Shown in pieces: positions 24,651-37,539 of a DNA stretch of 64,000 nucleotides. A program made the translations under genes and the position numbers. A model generated the notes under the pieces. That model had not been told where the DNA came from. It did not search any database and worked only from the letters and a program-made list of their open reading frames with translations. Source of the stretch: Fistulifera solaris (lineage: Eukaryota); the NCBI GenBank assembly GCA_030295235.1, contig AP026164.1, positions 2,418,001 through 2,482,000 on the forward strand, in the 5' to 3' direction. The stretch's first letter is position 1. Each line of letters starts with the position of its first letter.

Positions 24651-27600
24651 TTAGCAGGAAAGGAAACGCCGCAAGCTGATCAGTCTTCGCCTTAGCCCCC
24701 ATTTCTCATAAGTTCTGCGTGCCAATATGAGACTGTCGATGGCCTCGTCGTCTCTGCCACATTCTCTCAGAAAAATACTTCTATGCTCGGCAATTAGGGC
24801 TTGATGCAACAGAGATGTTCCTTGATTGCTACAAAGAGCTGCATCGTCAAAAGATGCGAGCGCTCGTTCGTTCTTCGCCTCAACGACATGTAGAAGCGCT
24901 TCTAAGAAATGCACTTGATGACTGTGGTCTTCCGGAACAAGTTCTGCCCTTTTCCGTACGAGTTTGAGACATCGCTTTGCTTGCCTTATTTTTCGCCACC
25001 TCCCGGTTGGAGAAGTATGAGCTAGTATCAGCTTACTTGCCCCACCAAAGAACAAAACACAGCATCTCGAGAACTTTGATTGAACGGAAGGGATTGACTG
25101 ATAGAATTCGAAGATGCGCTCCGCCTGTTCGTAATCGTTCATCGTGAAAGCGACAATAATGCCACACATACATAATACGCTCTGCGCGGCTCGATTCCCT
25201 TGTCGTTCTGCCAGCTCTTCAGTTTCTTTTTGGTTGAGGAATGATCCCGTCAGCTCCATGGGGTCCGCTGTTCGACCAAGAAGATTTTCCATTGCTTGTA
25301 AAACGATGTTAAACAGGATCAGCATATTGTCATGTCGGAATGCATTCAACACTTTGCGGTGTTCAACTCCAGACTGAAGCAATCCGCTAATAGATTCAGA
25401 GCCTAGAAATCGAAAAATTGTAGCGATATAAAGACATCCCGTGGAACTGGTTGTGTCACCACTAACTAATCCAGCTCTATATCCACTCATCAGTGGTTCG
25501 ACGACCATCCGAACCGACATTGTCTCTGTAAATGTCAAACCATAAACTAACGCATAGACGCGACTCACCCATGCCTTGGCATCATACTTTTCCATGATGT
25601 CAAGCGTCAGTTGACCGTACTGCTGTGCAAGTTCGGTGTTTGAAATCATCGCCATTATAACGGAAAACATGGCAAACGCACTGACACTTTCTGCATTCAT
25701 ACCGTAATCCAGTGTCAATCGAATCATAGCCATCGATAAGGGTATCTGATACGGTGACTTGGAAAGAAATGCACTAGTAAATGTTTGTGCAAGAATTTCC
25801 ATCGCGGCCTGTGTCTCGCGGCACGTCATTACAGGTAGCGAGAGAATATCGGATGGCTGAAACTTCTTCAGTTTGCGTTTCGTTCTCAAAAGATCGACAG
25901 CGATCTGCACATTGCCGACTCTTCCTGGGATAGGTATTTTGAGCTTTTTAATCAACTGCAATCCTAGTTGAATGGACTCCTCGAAACGTAGTTGGGAGGA
26001 GTAAGAGCTGATAGTAACCCTATGAGCTAAAACGGAATCAAAGAAAGACCTTGCGTTCTCAATGACCTCTCCAGCAAGTCTCTCAGCGTGGTCACAATTC
26101 CCAACGACGTGCTCAACCTCGGCTGATGCGGTGTATATACTGAGCGAAAGATCGTATTGATCTCTCCAATGTCGCGGCGGAAGTAATTCACGAGCATCCT
26201 GAAACTTGTAAGCGGCTGCAGTAAAACGTGTCGATTTTAAATAACACTTTCCAGCTAAGAAGACAATTTCAGCAAATTTAACCCTCTCGTCTGCGTTATC
26301 AACGAGATGAAGACTTTGGCGCAATAAGCGTGAAATGATAGCAGCGTTTTCTTCGACGCCAATTGTTCCATCTAGCTTGTCCACAAGAGTGCGAGCAGCG
26401 CCGAGACAGAGATGAGAGTTTTCTATCTCAGTGAAAAGGGTAGAGCACGCTTCTTGTACTTTGTCATGATAGAATTCATAGTATGCAGTTTGGCAGACTT
26501 GTCGAACAATCCCTGACGATTTTTTTGAACTCGGTAGCTGCAAGAATGTGCTGGTCATCGTGATTTAGAGCCAAAGAAACGAGTCTTGAGTCAAACGTTG
26601 TTCCCATGAACGAAGCGAGGGTCAGTGCTCTCTGTGTTTCAAAGGACAGTTCATGCAACTTTAAAGTAATCACATCATTGATGGCTCCTCGTGAAGTTGT
26701 GTTTCCTATCAACTTGTTTAATGCCGCCAAGTCGCCCTGTAGAATACCTTCCTTCTCAGAAACAGCCCCCATTGATTTTAGGGTGCGAAACAATTCCAGC
26801 GTGTAAAACAAATTCCCTTCAGCTTGTTGATGTATTATCTCGGAGCACTGCCGGCATTGCGATTTTGACAAACCAGACGAATGTGAAACGAGATCGCACA
26901 CCTCCTCAATATCCAGCTCTCGCAGGTAAAGATCTTTAATACATAGGCCCTCGTCCTCCATCTCACGTAATAAAATAGATAAATCGGAGTCCACTGACAC
27001 CTCCTCGCTGCGACAGGCTGCGATAACCTGCAGTCCATCAATTTGCTTTCTCAGTATGGCCGATAGCATGGCCAAGCAGCCAGGCTCAGCCCATTGTAGA
27101 TCGTCCAAAAACAGTAAAACCGTCTGCTTTCTTTCGAGACACACAAACTCCAAGAAGCGTGTCACTACATGTCGCAATCGGATCAGGAGCTCTATCCCTT
27201 GATACGTTGCCACACTCGGTGCATCGTGCTTCGGTAATACGTTTGACAAAGGCGGTATTGCTGTCATCAAAAGTCCGATTTCTCCATCAACAGCATTTGG
27301 TAAAGTCTCTTTTAGATTGATAAGCTCATCGGCGTCAAGGCTCGCCAGTAATTGCTCCGTAAGGTCCGTAAGAGCTGCACCAAACGGCATGTAGGTTGCA
27401 AAGCACATTTGATCGAATTTTCCCCGGCAAAATAATCAAACCGGTCACTGAACCGGAGAGCTAAGCTCGTTTTGCCCGATCCACTGGTTCCGGTCAAAAG
27501 AATCAGCGATGGCTTGGAATTTATTATGTTTTGAAGTTCTTGTTCCTCGCGAAGGCGGCATTTCCAAGGAGCCTTGATTTGTATAAGCTGATTTGACAAC

Positions 27601-27710
27601 GCCTCTTCATCCAACATCACGTCGATGGAACTTGTTGCAGCAGATCGAAGTAAAGGCTTTGATCCGTCTCCTTCTGAAGACGAAGTAGGAATAGAGTCAA
27701 CGCCTGTCAT
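24651..27710 (-). CDS. STAND / AAA_16-type P-loop ATPase with C-terminal helical (TPR-like) region; frameshifts near 27415 and 26520
   Basis: Walker A GTSGSGKT, Walker B LLFLDDLQWA, EGNLFY, YDLSLSIY and YEKWG blocks. Confidence 0.85.
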
Positions 27711-28484
27711 GCTTGAATAAAAGTAACGAGAACACGCAAAACGATGCGCTATGCACCACTGATCGCTTGGTCTGTTACAACGAGAATAGAGCGAGGTTGC
27801 AAATTGCAAAGTTGCGTTTGCGAAGCGAACAAGTACCAGGTACTACGTATTCGTACACGCAGCCTGGAAAACGGGATGGTTTTTGTTCGTCGTTCTTTGA
27901 TGACCGAAGACCGAAGACTAAAACACTACCTCACTTTCAGAAAGAGCCAGAAGCCAGAAAATTGTTTTAAAGAGCAAGTTGACTGTAAGACTTTTTGCTA
28001 AAGGCACGTGCCACAAAGTTCTATTTCCCCTTATAGTCTTTGCCCAATGCTTGGGGCTTATGCTTAAAGTAGAACGTCCACCACAGTTCTACAGTCTACT
28101 CTGGGCAGCACTCTCTAATTCAGTTGTTTTGGAACGTCAGTACAATTTGTACTTGCCGAGTGGTGAGTTGTGAAAAAATGTCTAGTTAACGAATAACGAA
28201 GCCGAGAGCAGAGTGATGGATCATGGATCCTACTCCTACAATGTTTCGGATACAAAGTGTACCGTAGAAGATACCGCTGCGACTACCGAAAGCAGCGGAG
28301 AAACGGAGAAAACCAAGTACCGGTACCGGTACCCGGTAGTCGGAAAAACGGCGGAGGTACGGAACGGTACCGTACCAGTATACTTTGTACGTAGGTATGC
28401 TGTGACGAAAACGAGGAACGAACACAGCACACGGCACAACTCTCTCAACATCGCACAATTATATAAATACATTTATAGATAGCT

Positions 28485-29183
28485 ATGAAAGCAATTGTGA
28501 AACCTTTTCTCATTTCGTTTACATTGATAGATGTGTCGGCCTTATTTCTGAGTGATCTCGCGACTCCTTGCTTACTGATCGATGTTGGCTTTCTCCATAA
28601 ACAACAAGCGTCGGCAATGGAACCATTTCCGCTTCCCCGATTGCAAATAGGTTCATACTCACTTGTTCCCAAAGTGTTCCAATGTTCAGATCGGTATACT
28701 GAGGGAACAGGTTTCTTAGCAATGGATGATGCCTTGACACCGGGCGTATGCTATCTTCACACGACCGTTGTAGAACCGACAAATGAAGAAGCAAGCGACG
28801 CTCGGAATTTAGCAGAACTGGATCTACCGGAGAATTCTTCATACAAGGCGCATTTGGTGCTAGGATTGAACAATCATCACGTGATATCGTACTACTGGGC
28901 TAGATCTGCCGGCGCGGGAAGTTCCATGGAGGCACCTGGTATCGAGCTCGTCTCGAACAAGTTGCGATGGCTCTCGGACGATTGGAAGGAATGTAACTCA
29001 AATGATGGCAAGCGCAGCGAGTGGGTTGCTTTCTTGAGACCCAAAGACACGGTACAGCTTTTACCCGACGAAGATTGGCGGTCATGGGAACTGCCAATTT
29101 GGGGAGTTAGTTCTCGTGGACGACCACTGGGAAGTGAACCGGCTGTAATTTGCGCATGGGATAGAATCGACTTGCCAGAGTGA
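28485..29183 (+). CDS. Hypothetical protein with partial resemblance to D-serine dehydratase / D-threonine aldolase termini
   Basis: Intact 232-aa ORF with DLATPCLLID near the N-terminus and LRPKDTVQLLP...VICAW near the C-terminus. Confidence 0.6.
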   Translation: MKAIVKPFLISFTLIDVSALFLSDLATPCLLIDVGFLHKQQASAMEPFPLPRLQIGSYSLVPKVFQCSDRYTEGTGFLAMDDALTPGVCYLHTTVVEPTNEEASDARNLAELDLPENSSYKAHLVLGLNNHHVISYYWARSAGAGSSMEAPGIELVSNKLRWLSDDWKECNSNDGKRSEWVAFLRPKDTVQLLPDEDWRSWELPIWGVSSRGRPLGSEPAVICAWDRIDLPE

Positions 29184-29590
29184 TTGGCCAATACTTCACA
29201 CACCCTGCTCTTTCGTTGGCAATCGATGAGTTCTACTTTGAGTTGTGTTTTGCAGAAAATCCATGAGCGATTATCAGAAAGGAACGATCAGCTCGCTATG
29301 TTGAGGCAAGATCTGAAGAGACTCATGGATAGTCATCAGACAATTCTCGTCAGCGAATAATTAGTACTCCTCAAATGCCTCTTGGAGAAATGAGTATTTC
29401 ATGTGTGAAGCAGTCGCCATGGCTTTGTTTGTTTGACGGTATACATCTTGTAAAAGGAAGTTCCTTGACAAAAGTAAATCCTTTTAGCATTGTATCGCCT
29501 TTTCATGAGAAGCAACCGGAGACAGGGGTGCTTTCCCAGGGACAATCTACAGCGGAGGGTTTAGTCGTTTCGTCCCTTTATTTTAATTGA

Positions 29591-30196
29591 GAGGGTAAGG
29601 CGCTAGGGCTCAACAAGCGTCCTTATCGCAACGAAGCTGAAAACGACGCTCCCTCGGCAAAGCCTCCCCCTCGAGCATTAAAGGTATCCACTCCCCAGCA
29701 AATCGCTATCCCTCAACCCACGGAGCCACAAATAGAAAGCGGCGCTGAGTCGACTCCGTCAAGAGCATCGCTCCCTTTCGCATCGGACCTGCCTTACTTT
29801 TTTGCAAGATCCAACACTTCGCCACAGATCTCCCAGCAACTCATAACTTTGTCGCGGTCTTTCTTTCTGCAGCACCAGGCTTTGCGGCAGGCCGAGGAAG
29901 AAAGATGCGAGCTACTCAATACCCTCGACTCTCAGAGAAACATCATGAATACTGGCCAGTCGTTACACCTATTCGTCCTGTACCAATTGCTTCAAGAAGA
30001 GGCACACCAGCAACGCCTTCAGAACTCGCTTCTTCAACTTTTCCCGCAATTGTCATTGAATCGAAATGCTCGTCCCTTTGTCAATCTTGCTCCAGAAGCG
30101 GCTCAATTGAGCGGACAAAGTCAACCCAGTGCGGAAGACGAGGCATTGGCTCGTTACATTCGTGAACTTTTGCGATTTCGACGCGGCGGGCCGTAG
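29591..30196 (+). CDS. Hypothetical P/S/Q-rich protein, last exon; start unresolved
   Basis: Frame is open from 29591 to the stop at 30196. A short intron may remove the TGA at 29588. Confidence 0.4.
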   Translation, partial: EGKALGLNKRPYRNEAENDAPSAKPPPRALKVSTPQQIAIPQPTEPQIESGAESTPSRASLPFASDLPYFFARSNTSPQISQQLITLSRSFFLQHQALRQAEEERCELLNTLDSQRNIMNTGQSLHLFVLYQLLQEEAHQQRLQNSLLQLFPQLSLNRNARPFVNLAPEAAQLSGQSQPSAEDEALARYIRELLRFRRGGP

Positions 30197-30830
30197 AAAT
30201 ACTATGTGTAAACAGTTTAGAAGTTAAATAATAATTAGCCAAAGTATTTTTGACTAGCATTTTTATCGAAGAGAACATTATCAACACTGCGTTATCGTTC
30301 AAACAAGAAAAGCGTGACTCATCGCACAACTCCAGTCGTGTTGAAAAACGATCTACAGTTTCGACTATAGTAAACGTTATGAAATGGCGGATGGCTCTAG
30401 GCAGAAAGCTATAGCGTAGCCGTACTTCTTTACCAAAAGACTCAGAGCTAGACTTGCAGTGAAGCTGATGCTTTCGTCGAGGTTGCCATTGATTTGTTTT
30501 GGACGTAATATAAAGCATTTACGCGCGCCATTATCTCGATCGAAAAAGTATGTTCTACTTTTACGCATTATCGTAGCTTAGCAAAGTTATAGACGTATAG
30601 AGATGTTTAAGCGTTCGTCCATGATGTTCTCGTGAATATTTTTGAAGTAGAAACGCATGTAGGTGCCAGTCATCGACTATAAAACGCATTATCAATTATG
30701 TGCTAGGATTATCTCAACGTAACGGAGATATTGCAGATGCATCGCGCGTCAACAAGGCCCCAATTCGGAGCAAGCCAGTTGCCCATAGACTCAAGAGATA
30801 CGATTTTTAATTACCAGTATCTATTGAGTT

Positions 30831-31892
30831 CTATGTTATTCTTGTAGCGCTTGATTGTGGTTTGCTGTTGCTCTCCGCCCACTTTTTCAGATCCTGAATC
30901 CACCACGCCATGACGAGAGGCGTAACTACCACGCCCATAAACGCTGCAATGCTGAGAGCAATGGTGGTCGATGAGGAACCTGAACTCCCTGTCGACGTTT
31001 GGTGTCCCAACCACGTCCACAACACCGTAAAGGTTCCGCCATGAATCAAGGTAGCCGCAGCAAACATCCACCATTGTATGACAGGCAACAAACTGGAACC
31101 AAAATTTTTTATCATTTCCGGAAAGCAACTAAATTTCATGAGAAAGGCAGTCAAGAGCGGAGAATGTGGATGTAAGGTGGTCGTAGTAGTCGTGTTTGAT
31201 TTGAAGGGAGAATACGAGCTTGCAGTCACAACTGACGAAGCCGACCCAGATGAAGACGCTTGATTAATGAGCTGAAAAATCTCATTATGCTCCAGTTGCG
31301 TGGCAACATGTTGATATAACCAACATCGCCCGATACCGAATGCCAACATGGCCCCCGTTAGCTTTCCCAGCAAACTAGCACCGACGGCTTTCCAACCCAA
31401 CACCATCCCTGCCGCGGTTTCCACCGGGATTGTTGATAAGCCACAAAATTCCCAAAGCGCCAGACCGCAGCTGTAATAGATCCAACCGAGTCGATTCGAT
31501 TGCAATGGTTCCAGCAACTCTAGAGTGCGTTGTAAGATCAAGTCTTTGTTGATGAGAGGCAACCAGATGGCGCGTTGTTGAAAGAGTATCAGCGATAAAA
31601 CGGCTAAGCTCCCGATCGTCCAGATAGAACGTCTCGTAGCACCTACTGGCACTTTCGTTGTACGTATGGTTGTTGTTTTTGTCGTCGTCGTCGTTGTTGT
31701 CGTTGTGATGGCGTCTTTCGTCGTGGCATTGTGCGCAGCTTTCTGGCTCACCGGCGGAACATTTGCTGCGCCTCCGCGAAAGTGTTGTAGTGGAACGACG
31801 GAATATCGATGCACGCGAAAGGCTTGCACGAGAGGCATGCAGGAATGATTTCTTCCGATAAGAACGAGAAAAAGACCGAGACGAAGAATCAT
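30831..31892 (-). CDS. VTT/DedA (SNARE-associated, TMEM64/TVP38-like) membrane protein, probably plastid-targeted
   Basis: TIPVETAAGMVLG, GKLTGAMLAFGIGR and FPEMIKNFG; leader ending VQA-F. Confidence 0.8.
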   Translation of the reverse strand: MILRLGLFLVLIGRNHSCMPLVQAFRVHRYSVVPLQHFRGGAANVPPVSQKAAHNATTKDAITTTTTTTTTKTTTIRTTKVPVGATRRSIWTIGSLAVLSLILFQQRAIWLPLINKDLILQRTLELLEPLQSNRLGWIYYSCGLALWEFCGLSTIPVETAAGMVLGWKAVGASLLGKLTGAMLAFGIGRCWLYQHVATQLEHNEIFQLINQASSSGSASSVVTASSYSPFKSNTTTTTTLHPHSPLLTAFLMKFSCFPEMIKNFGSSLLPVIQWWMFAAATLIHGGTFTVLWTWLGHQTSTGSSGSSSTTIALSIAAFMGVVVTPLVMAWWIQDLKKWAESNSKPQSSATRIT

Positions 31893-32926
31893 TCTTGTTA
31901 AATGCACCGATGTCTCTTTCTGACGAGGAGAATACAAAATGCTCTTCGATTCTAGTAAAAAGTCTTTTGACACTGTTAAAAAGGCAGTCAAATACAATAT
32001 TTGCAACAAAAGGGTTGGAACTACTGATGATTCAAGTTCATCATTGTCATCTCGATCATCATTCATCAGTCATGAATCATGAGTGAAAACGAGCCGTTGT
32101 GAGTCCCCGTCGTACTACCACTCGTGATAACTATAACCGCTGCCGTAGCGACACGATGTTCTCCTCGCGTCTCAGAAGATTCTTTATTTTGAGCCGCCGA
32201 CGGCGATTGAATCTCCGTTCTTTCTGCTAACTTGATAAGCTACTAGTATGGTTGTCGTTACTTCAAAGCTTTCAGCAAAATTTCAATACAATCCTCGATT
32301 TTTACCATGAAATCATTACGGATCATTCTGTTCCTTGTCCACTATAGGTCTAAACTGTAGGCTATCTTTTCACGACTGTAAATCTGTCATGAGTCATGAA
32401 TCAGCAATAATTCTTTCGAATCGGACTGGATACCTATTACTTCTTTCGTTCTACAAGCACGTCTGATAAAGACTTCAGCAGCTCTTCCACTGAGCTCCTT
32501 GATGACTCTTTCCTGTATAGTCGTTGCGGATCATAGTCTTTTGAGTGTACCAGGTACTTACTCAAATATTGTCCTTTCGATGACCCATATGCATGAGATT
32601 AGGGATAATGGGCTTGAAATCAAGAGGAAACTAACTAAGAACTATCCTATCGAGCGGAGAGCTACTTGCTTGAGGGTCACCTACTGTTTCCACAGGATAC
32701 AATGGCAGAGTGGTTCCGTTCGAGATGCTTTTCATAAGTCGTATATTTGTTGAGTTTTGCATTTTATTTTTGACGAACATCGCTAACTGCCACCCACTTC
32801 CAAGGTTGGAATCGCACTTTTGCCTTTCAGACGTCCACCGCACTGGCTCTAGTAAATTTACATAATAGCGTACACGTCTCGTCGGTCGACTCCTGCACGA
32901 AACTTCACAATATATGTTGCCACCCT

Positions 32927-34380
32927 TTATCGATTTGAAGGGATCAACCCATGACTAACTTTCAAGCCAGGTGGTATATATTCTTGTCGAGCCTGTTCCA
33001 GTTTCGTCAATACGCCACCAGTACTGCTACTGCTCTCCGGTCGAACGGAGCGCAATTTGCGTTCGGAATAAAATTCATTCAGCCGGATGAAAACTAACGT
33101 CAACAAGAGAAACACAACAACACCGAATACCAACAGCAGCCATCCCCACCATTCAATAGTTTCAATGCCACGAGAACTCTCTTCGGTTTCGATACTCCGG
33201 GTTGGTATGATGCTGTTGGAAGCCGACGGCACAGTGGTTCGATTCAAAGTCACGGATACTGTGGGTTCAATCGTTGGAGTCTTGTTTGATGAAGTGGGTG
33301 GTACCGTCACAGAAGGCATCATAGATATGCTTACAGATGGGCTGGTGGTTGAGACAACGAGAGTGGAAGTAGGATTTGGAGTTGACACAACAGGCAGGCT
33401 AGTCGGTACCAATAGAGCGGCTGGTGCCGTCGTCGTGGTCGATGGTGGCGTTGGCATCGTAAAAGTAGGTACCGAGGAGATTGTCGGCGAAGGTTCAGAT
33501 CCAACAGAAGGCTCAGCAGTCTCCGGAATTCGTGTTGGATACAAGGTACTCGAGGGCGGACGTGGAATAGGAGGCGGCATGGGAACATCAATGGTATCTT
33601 CATACAGACTGGGCACCAGATCGAACAAGTCAGTGCCTATGTAATCCACTTTTCGAATGACGGGTGTCGTCAAATTTTCGATATTCGATTGCACACTCGA
33701 TAACACCCGCTGCGAAACAATACGCTCATTTGATCCTACTGCATGAACACTCATGAAACCTTGTACTACAAAGCAAACTAGATTTTGGAGTGTCAGCTCA
33801 GGGTCACACGTTACTGATGGATAAAAAAGACGATTTGCACGTGAGATATCGCGAATCAAGGCAAAATTCAGCAATTTGACCACATTTACTCACATCCTGA
33901 CTCGACCAGCAGATCCACAGGGTGCCAATCTATGGCTTGAATGGTCGTTAATGGAGATCCCTGCTCGCAATCGAAAAAGTCTGGCAACAGACTGGAAGTC
34001 AATGTCGCATCCAAAGCAGGCAATATCAGTACACGCAAGGCACTCGGTCGAGTATCAGGCAACACGTGAATCTGGTAAAGAAATTCGATATTGTAAATGT
34101 CCCCTCGTGGGATGCCATAGTATCCTTCCTGGTTGAATTTGCACTCGAGAGATGGTTCTAAATGAAAATCCCTCGGACGGAAAAGGTCTTTCAGAGGATC
34201 TTGAACATGCGGTAGTATCTTATTAGCCGTTTGTGTTTGATAAGTCGAAGTATGTCGCCGTCGAAGTTTGATAATGTTATTGTTGCTTTCTTCCAACTTT
34301 TGTCCAATGAGATTGTTGGCGTTCGATGGTGAGAGCGAAAGAAAGAGTGACATCAGTTGTATCCACTGACTTATTCTCAT
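32927..34380 (-). CDS. Type I membrane protein with Pro/Thr/Ser mucin-like stalk; intron 33814-33893
   Basis: Signal peptide, in-frame GT..AG join of ORFs 33886-34380 and 32927-33883, and TM segment WWGWLLLVFGVVVFLLLTLVFI. Confidence 0.75.
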
Positions 34381-36266
34381 GGTAGTAGAGTTATGAAATT
34401 ATGAATAGGAGCCTTTATAAAAGTATGGATGAAGGGCCAGTTTACAACATTAGCTTGAATTGCGTTTTACCATGATGGCTTTGTCCATTGCTTTTGTTCT
34501 CGTAGTTATGTGTTTGTTGCTTATGGAAGGACGCCCGGTGAAAAGCCGCCCATCATCTCAACGGCTTTCTTATTTATTTAAGGGAAATCGGCGAAGGATA
34601 CTAGGTTGAAAAGTCACATACCATCTCTTCATAGTACTATTTATTGATAGTCGACTAATACATTTAGATAGAAGCGGTACCGTACTCGAATAGCCGAAGT
34701 ATTCTCGACACACAATTCCGATCCCTAAATTGTAACGACGCCGTATTGCACCTCTTTTCATGGATGCCAGTTTGCCATTTCCCGCCTTTCATTTAACGGG
34801 CTTATAAAATTATCGTCTTCATTGTTGTAAGGCAAGACTTCTTCTCAAGACGGCAAATTTCACGTATCTCTGATTCTTCAAGGTTTGTTTCGCTGCTAGA
34901 CTCATCGTCGCGAGATAATAGTGAGCATTATATCAAGAATGATGGACGTGGACGAAAAAGAAGCCATCCGCATCATGCCCGCTGTTAATTTTCACTCTGT
35001 CAGCACCTGGTTACTCTTTCATTCCAAAGTGAACAATTAAGCATGATCGAGAAAAGCTGCTCAGACAGAAAACTCTCATGATCTTTACTATTAGAGTGCT
35101 TCACGAAAAGTGAATCCTGGACACGAAAAGAGCGAAGTTGAACAGCTCAGCCAAAGGACAAAGTTCGTGTTTGTTCTCTTTTCCGCCATCTGTCTACTCT
35201 CTCGACTTCATAGACCAAATTATTAGAAGCCCGTTATTCGTTTACAAATTCTGGAATTTCGACACAATTAGAGCGCTTCCCCAGGAGGGCAACATAATAT
35301 GAATTTTTTAATTACGGCATTTGAAAGGGTAGTGTTGCTGTAATTCAAGTTCTGGCTGAGGGCTATTACTGTCGCTGTCGGCTATGGATTTGGACTCAAC
35401 GTTGCCCTTGGTTTGTTACTGCCAAGTGCTAAGTTCCATTTGCCAGGCTCCAGGCTCCAACGAATTGGGAATTGGGCACTTACTTGGTACGAAAGGAAAG
35501 TATCCCACGTCAACATCAGCTTAGCTGACTTTTAATGACTTCGCTGCCGGCTGTCGCCAAAGTTCTAAGGCTAATGCTAAATACTAAAAGCCGGTGACAG
35601 ATGTCCTTTTGTCCTCCACAAATCTTCAATGCATTATGCCCTTCGATCTACTCTTTGCATGCCGTGCCCTACGATAAGGACAATTGCGAAATGAAAATTG
35701 TAAGCTAAAGGTGAGTTACTCTATTTGACGAGCGGATCCAAAAGGATCCGCTAGGAACAACGAAGATCCCTGCAAGTCTGAACCTTCGCTTGTTCCCGTG
35801 CTTCCAAGACTAATACGTATAGATGACGTCAGCAACTCATGGAGACAGAAAAGGTTAGGGATGAGCCGTAGGCGAGCGCATTGCACAACCCCAGCACTCA
35901 ATTTTTGGGCATACGCGAATTCGCGGCGAATGCTATTTCGGCGCGTCACTCTATGAAAGGTGAGAAATGAGAACTGACATCATTTTTTAGCCACGAGTAA
36001 TTGGCGATATAGAGTGTAAAACGAGTGACGAGCGACGAGCAACGTACATCGGCACGTAGGTGGTAGCTGCTAGTTGTACATTGTACATAGTCTTGTTGAA
36101 GAAAGTGACCAGGGACATAATTAAAAACGAAAGACAAAATAGGAAAGGCCCTTCCGTAGGTTTTGCAAGTACATCTGAATCTTACAATTCTTTTTAGAAT
36201 CTCCCCGTTAAGGATTTAAGCGTCTTCAAACTTATTACTGAAAGTTGCGGGAAAAAGTGTACACCC

Positions 36267-36310
36267 ACGTAGGCCCCCGTAGAGAAATGTACCAACCAGA
36301 GGTGCGTTCC
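36267..36310 (+). repeat. 44-bp dispersed repeat (second copy 51881-51924; 43/44 identical)
   Basis: ACGTAGGCCCCCGTAGAGAAATGTACCAASCAGAGGTGCGTTCC; both copies are preceded by AAGTGTACA. Confidence 0.9.
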
Positions 36311-37209
36311 CGTGTCTCGCTGAGAAATGAAGTGCAATCAAATACGGAGTAAATCAAAACGGTTGAAACCGCATTAAACCGATTTTATTGCTTTTGTTGT
36401 TTTTTTTTTCGTAATATTCAAAACACCGTCCATTCGTCGCCACAGCTAGAGCCACAGCCGGCTTTTTTTAAGAAGACAAGCGTCCTGGTGCGATCTTTTC
36501 ATGCAATTAGATCATCTACTCGCTAGATTAACTGATTAGGATAAAATCATTCAAGGTCCACCTAAATCACTTAGCGACAACAACATTTTTTATCCCACTT
36601 CCCAATCCCATTTTATCACATAAAAGACTATGTAAGAGATAGAAAAACGCAACTTTTAACTAAGTCCAGTACCTAGCTTTAATTGGCTGCGCTCTGAGAC
36701 CATTGCTTGTAAAGAAAGACTTGCTAGGCTTACAAAGATATCCGTCGTAATTTTAAGGGGTCTACGGCTCACGTAAGTCTAAGGAAGATACTGTTTTATT
36801 CAAAATGAAAAAGCGAAAACGCGTTAAATACGGTATTGTACGGTTTTTTGTTTTTTGCTATTGAACGGGTGTCGAACACTAATCTTTTTCATGCGAACTG
36901 AACGAACTTCTGTCTACTTTTATATCTCTATGTCTCCCTGTGTCAGTCTGGATTTAAGCGCGGAAGATCTGGAGTCTGAAGATACGTTCCGCATTCTATT
37001 TGTTCTTTAACTGTACGGATAGGCAGTAGCTTGCCTAGTTTCACGAACACCACGGCCAACTTCTTCCGCCGTGGCAAAAGGAAGCAGGTCTGGAACAAAC
37101 CTAAATTGAAACCTACCATTTTTCGACATAATTTTGGAATCCGACCTGCCGATCGCTTTAAAGACTCGAAAACGACGTGAAGAGAGACAACATATAAAGC
37201 AAAACAAGA

Positions 37210-37479
37210 ATGATCCATCCAAACCGCCCCTCCATCGGATGCAATCAAGTAGCGAGTGCTGTCAGCGATAGCTTGGCCGATGCTTTGCAATATCACGTCC
37301 TTCGTCGCTCGGCCGCTACCGCTCATTCGGATCGCACGCCGAATAGATCTATGCGTACCAAGAGGGTCATGAAGATCTTACAAGAAGCCCTCGAGCTCAT
37401 CGACTCTATCGAGATCGACTCGAATCAATGCATCGACAACAAAGATTCGCCAGGTCCTTCCAACACTGCACGTCCTTGA
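37210..37479 (+). CDS. Small hypothetical protein with ILQEALELID helix
   Basis: ATG-initiated 89-aa ORF sharing a motif with 39350-39559; its stop converges on the PPT1 stop. Confidence 0.55.
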   Translation: MIHPNRPSIGCNQVASAVSDSLADALQYHVLRRSAATAHSDRTPNRSMRTKRVMKILQEALELIDSIEIDSNQCIDNKDSPGPSNTARP

Positions 37480-37539
37480 TTCGTTCAATAAAAACCAGTT
37501 TTAATAGACAGTTTTGGTGATTCTTTTCCTTTTATCTCT

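Noticed and set aside
34400..37200. Centromere-like low-GC island
   Set aside because: Spot counts give roughly 32-43% GC, like other intergenic DNA here; not low enough to claim.
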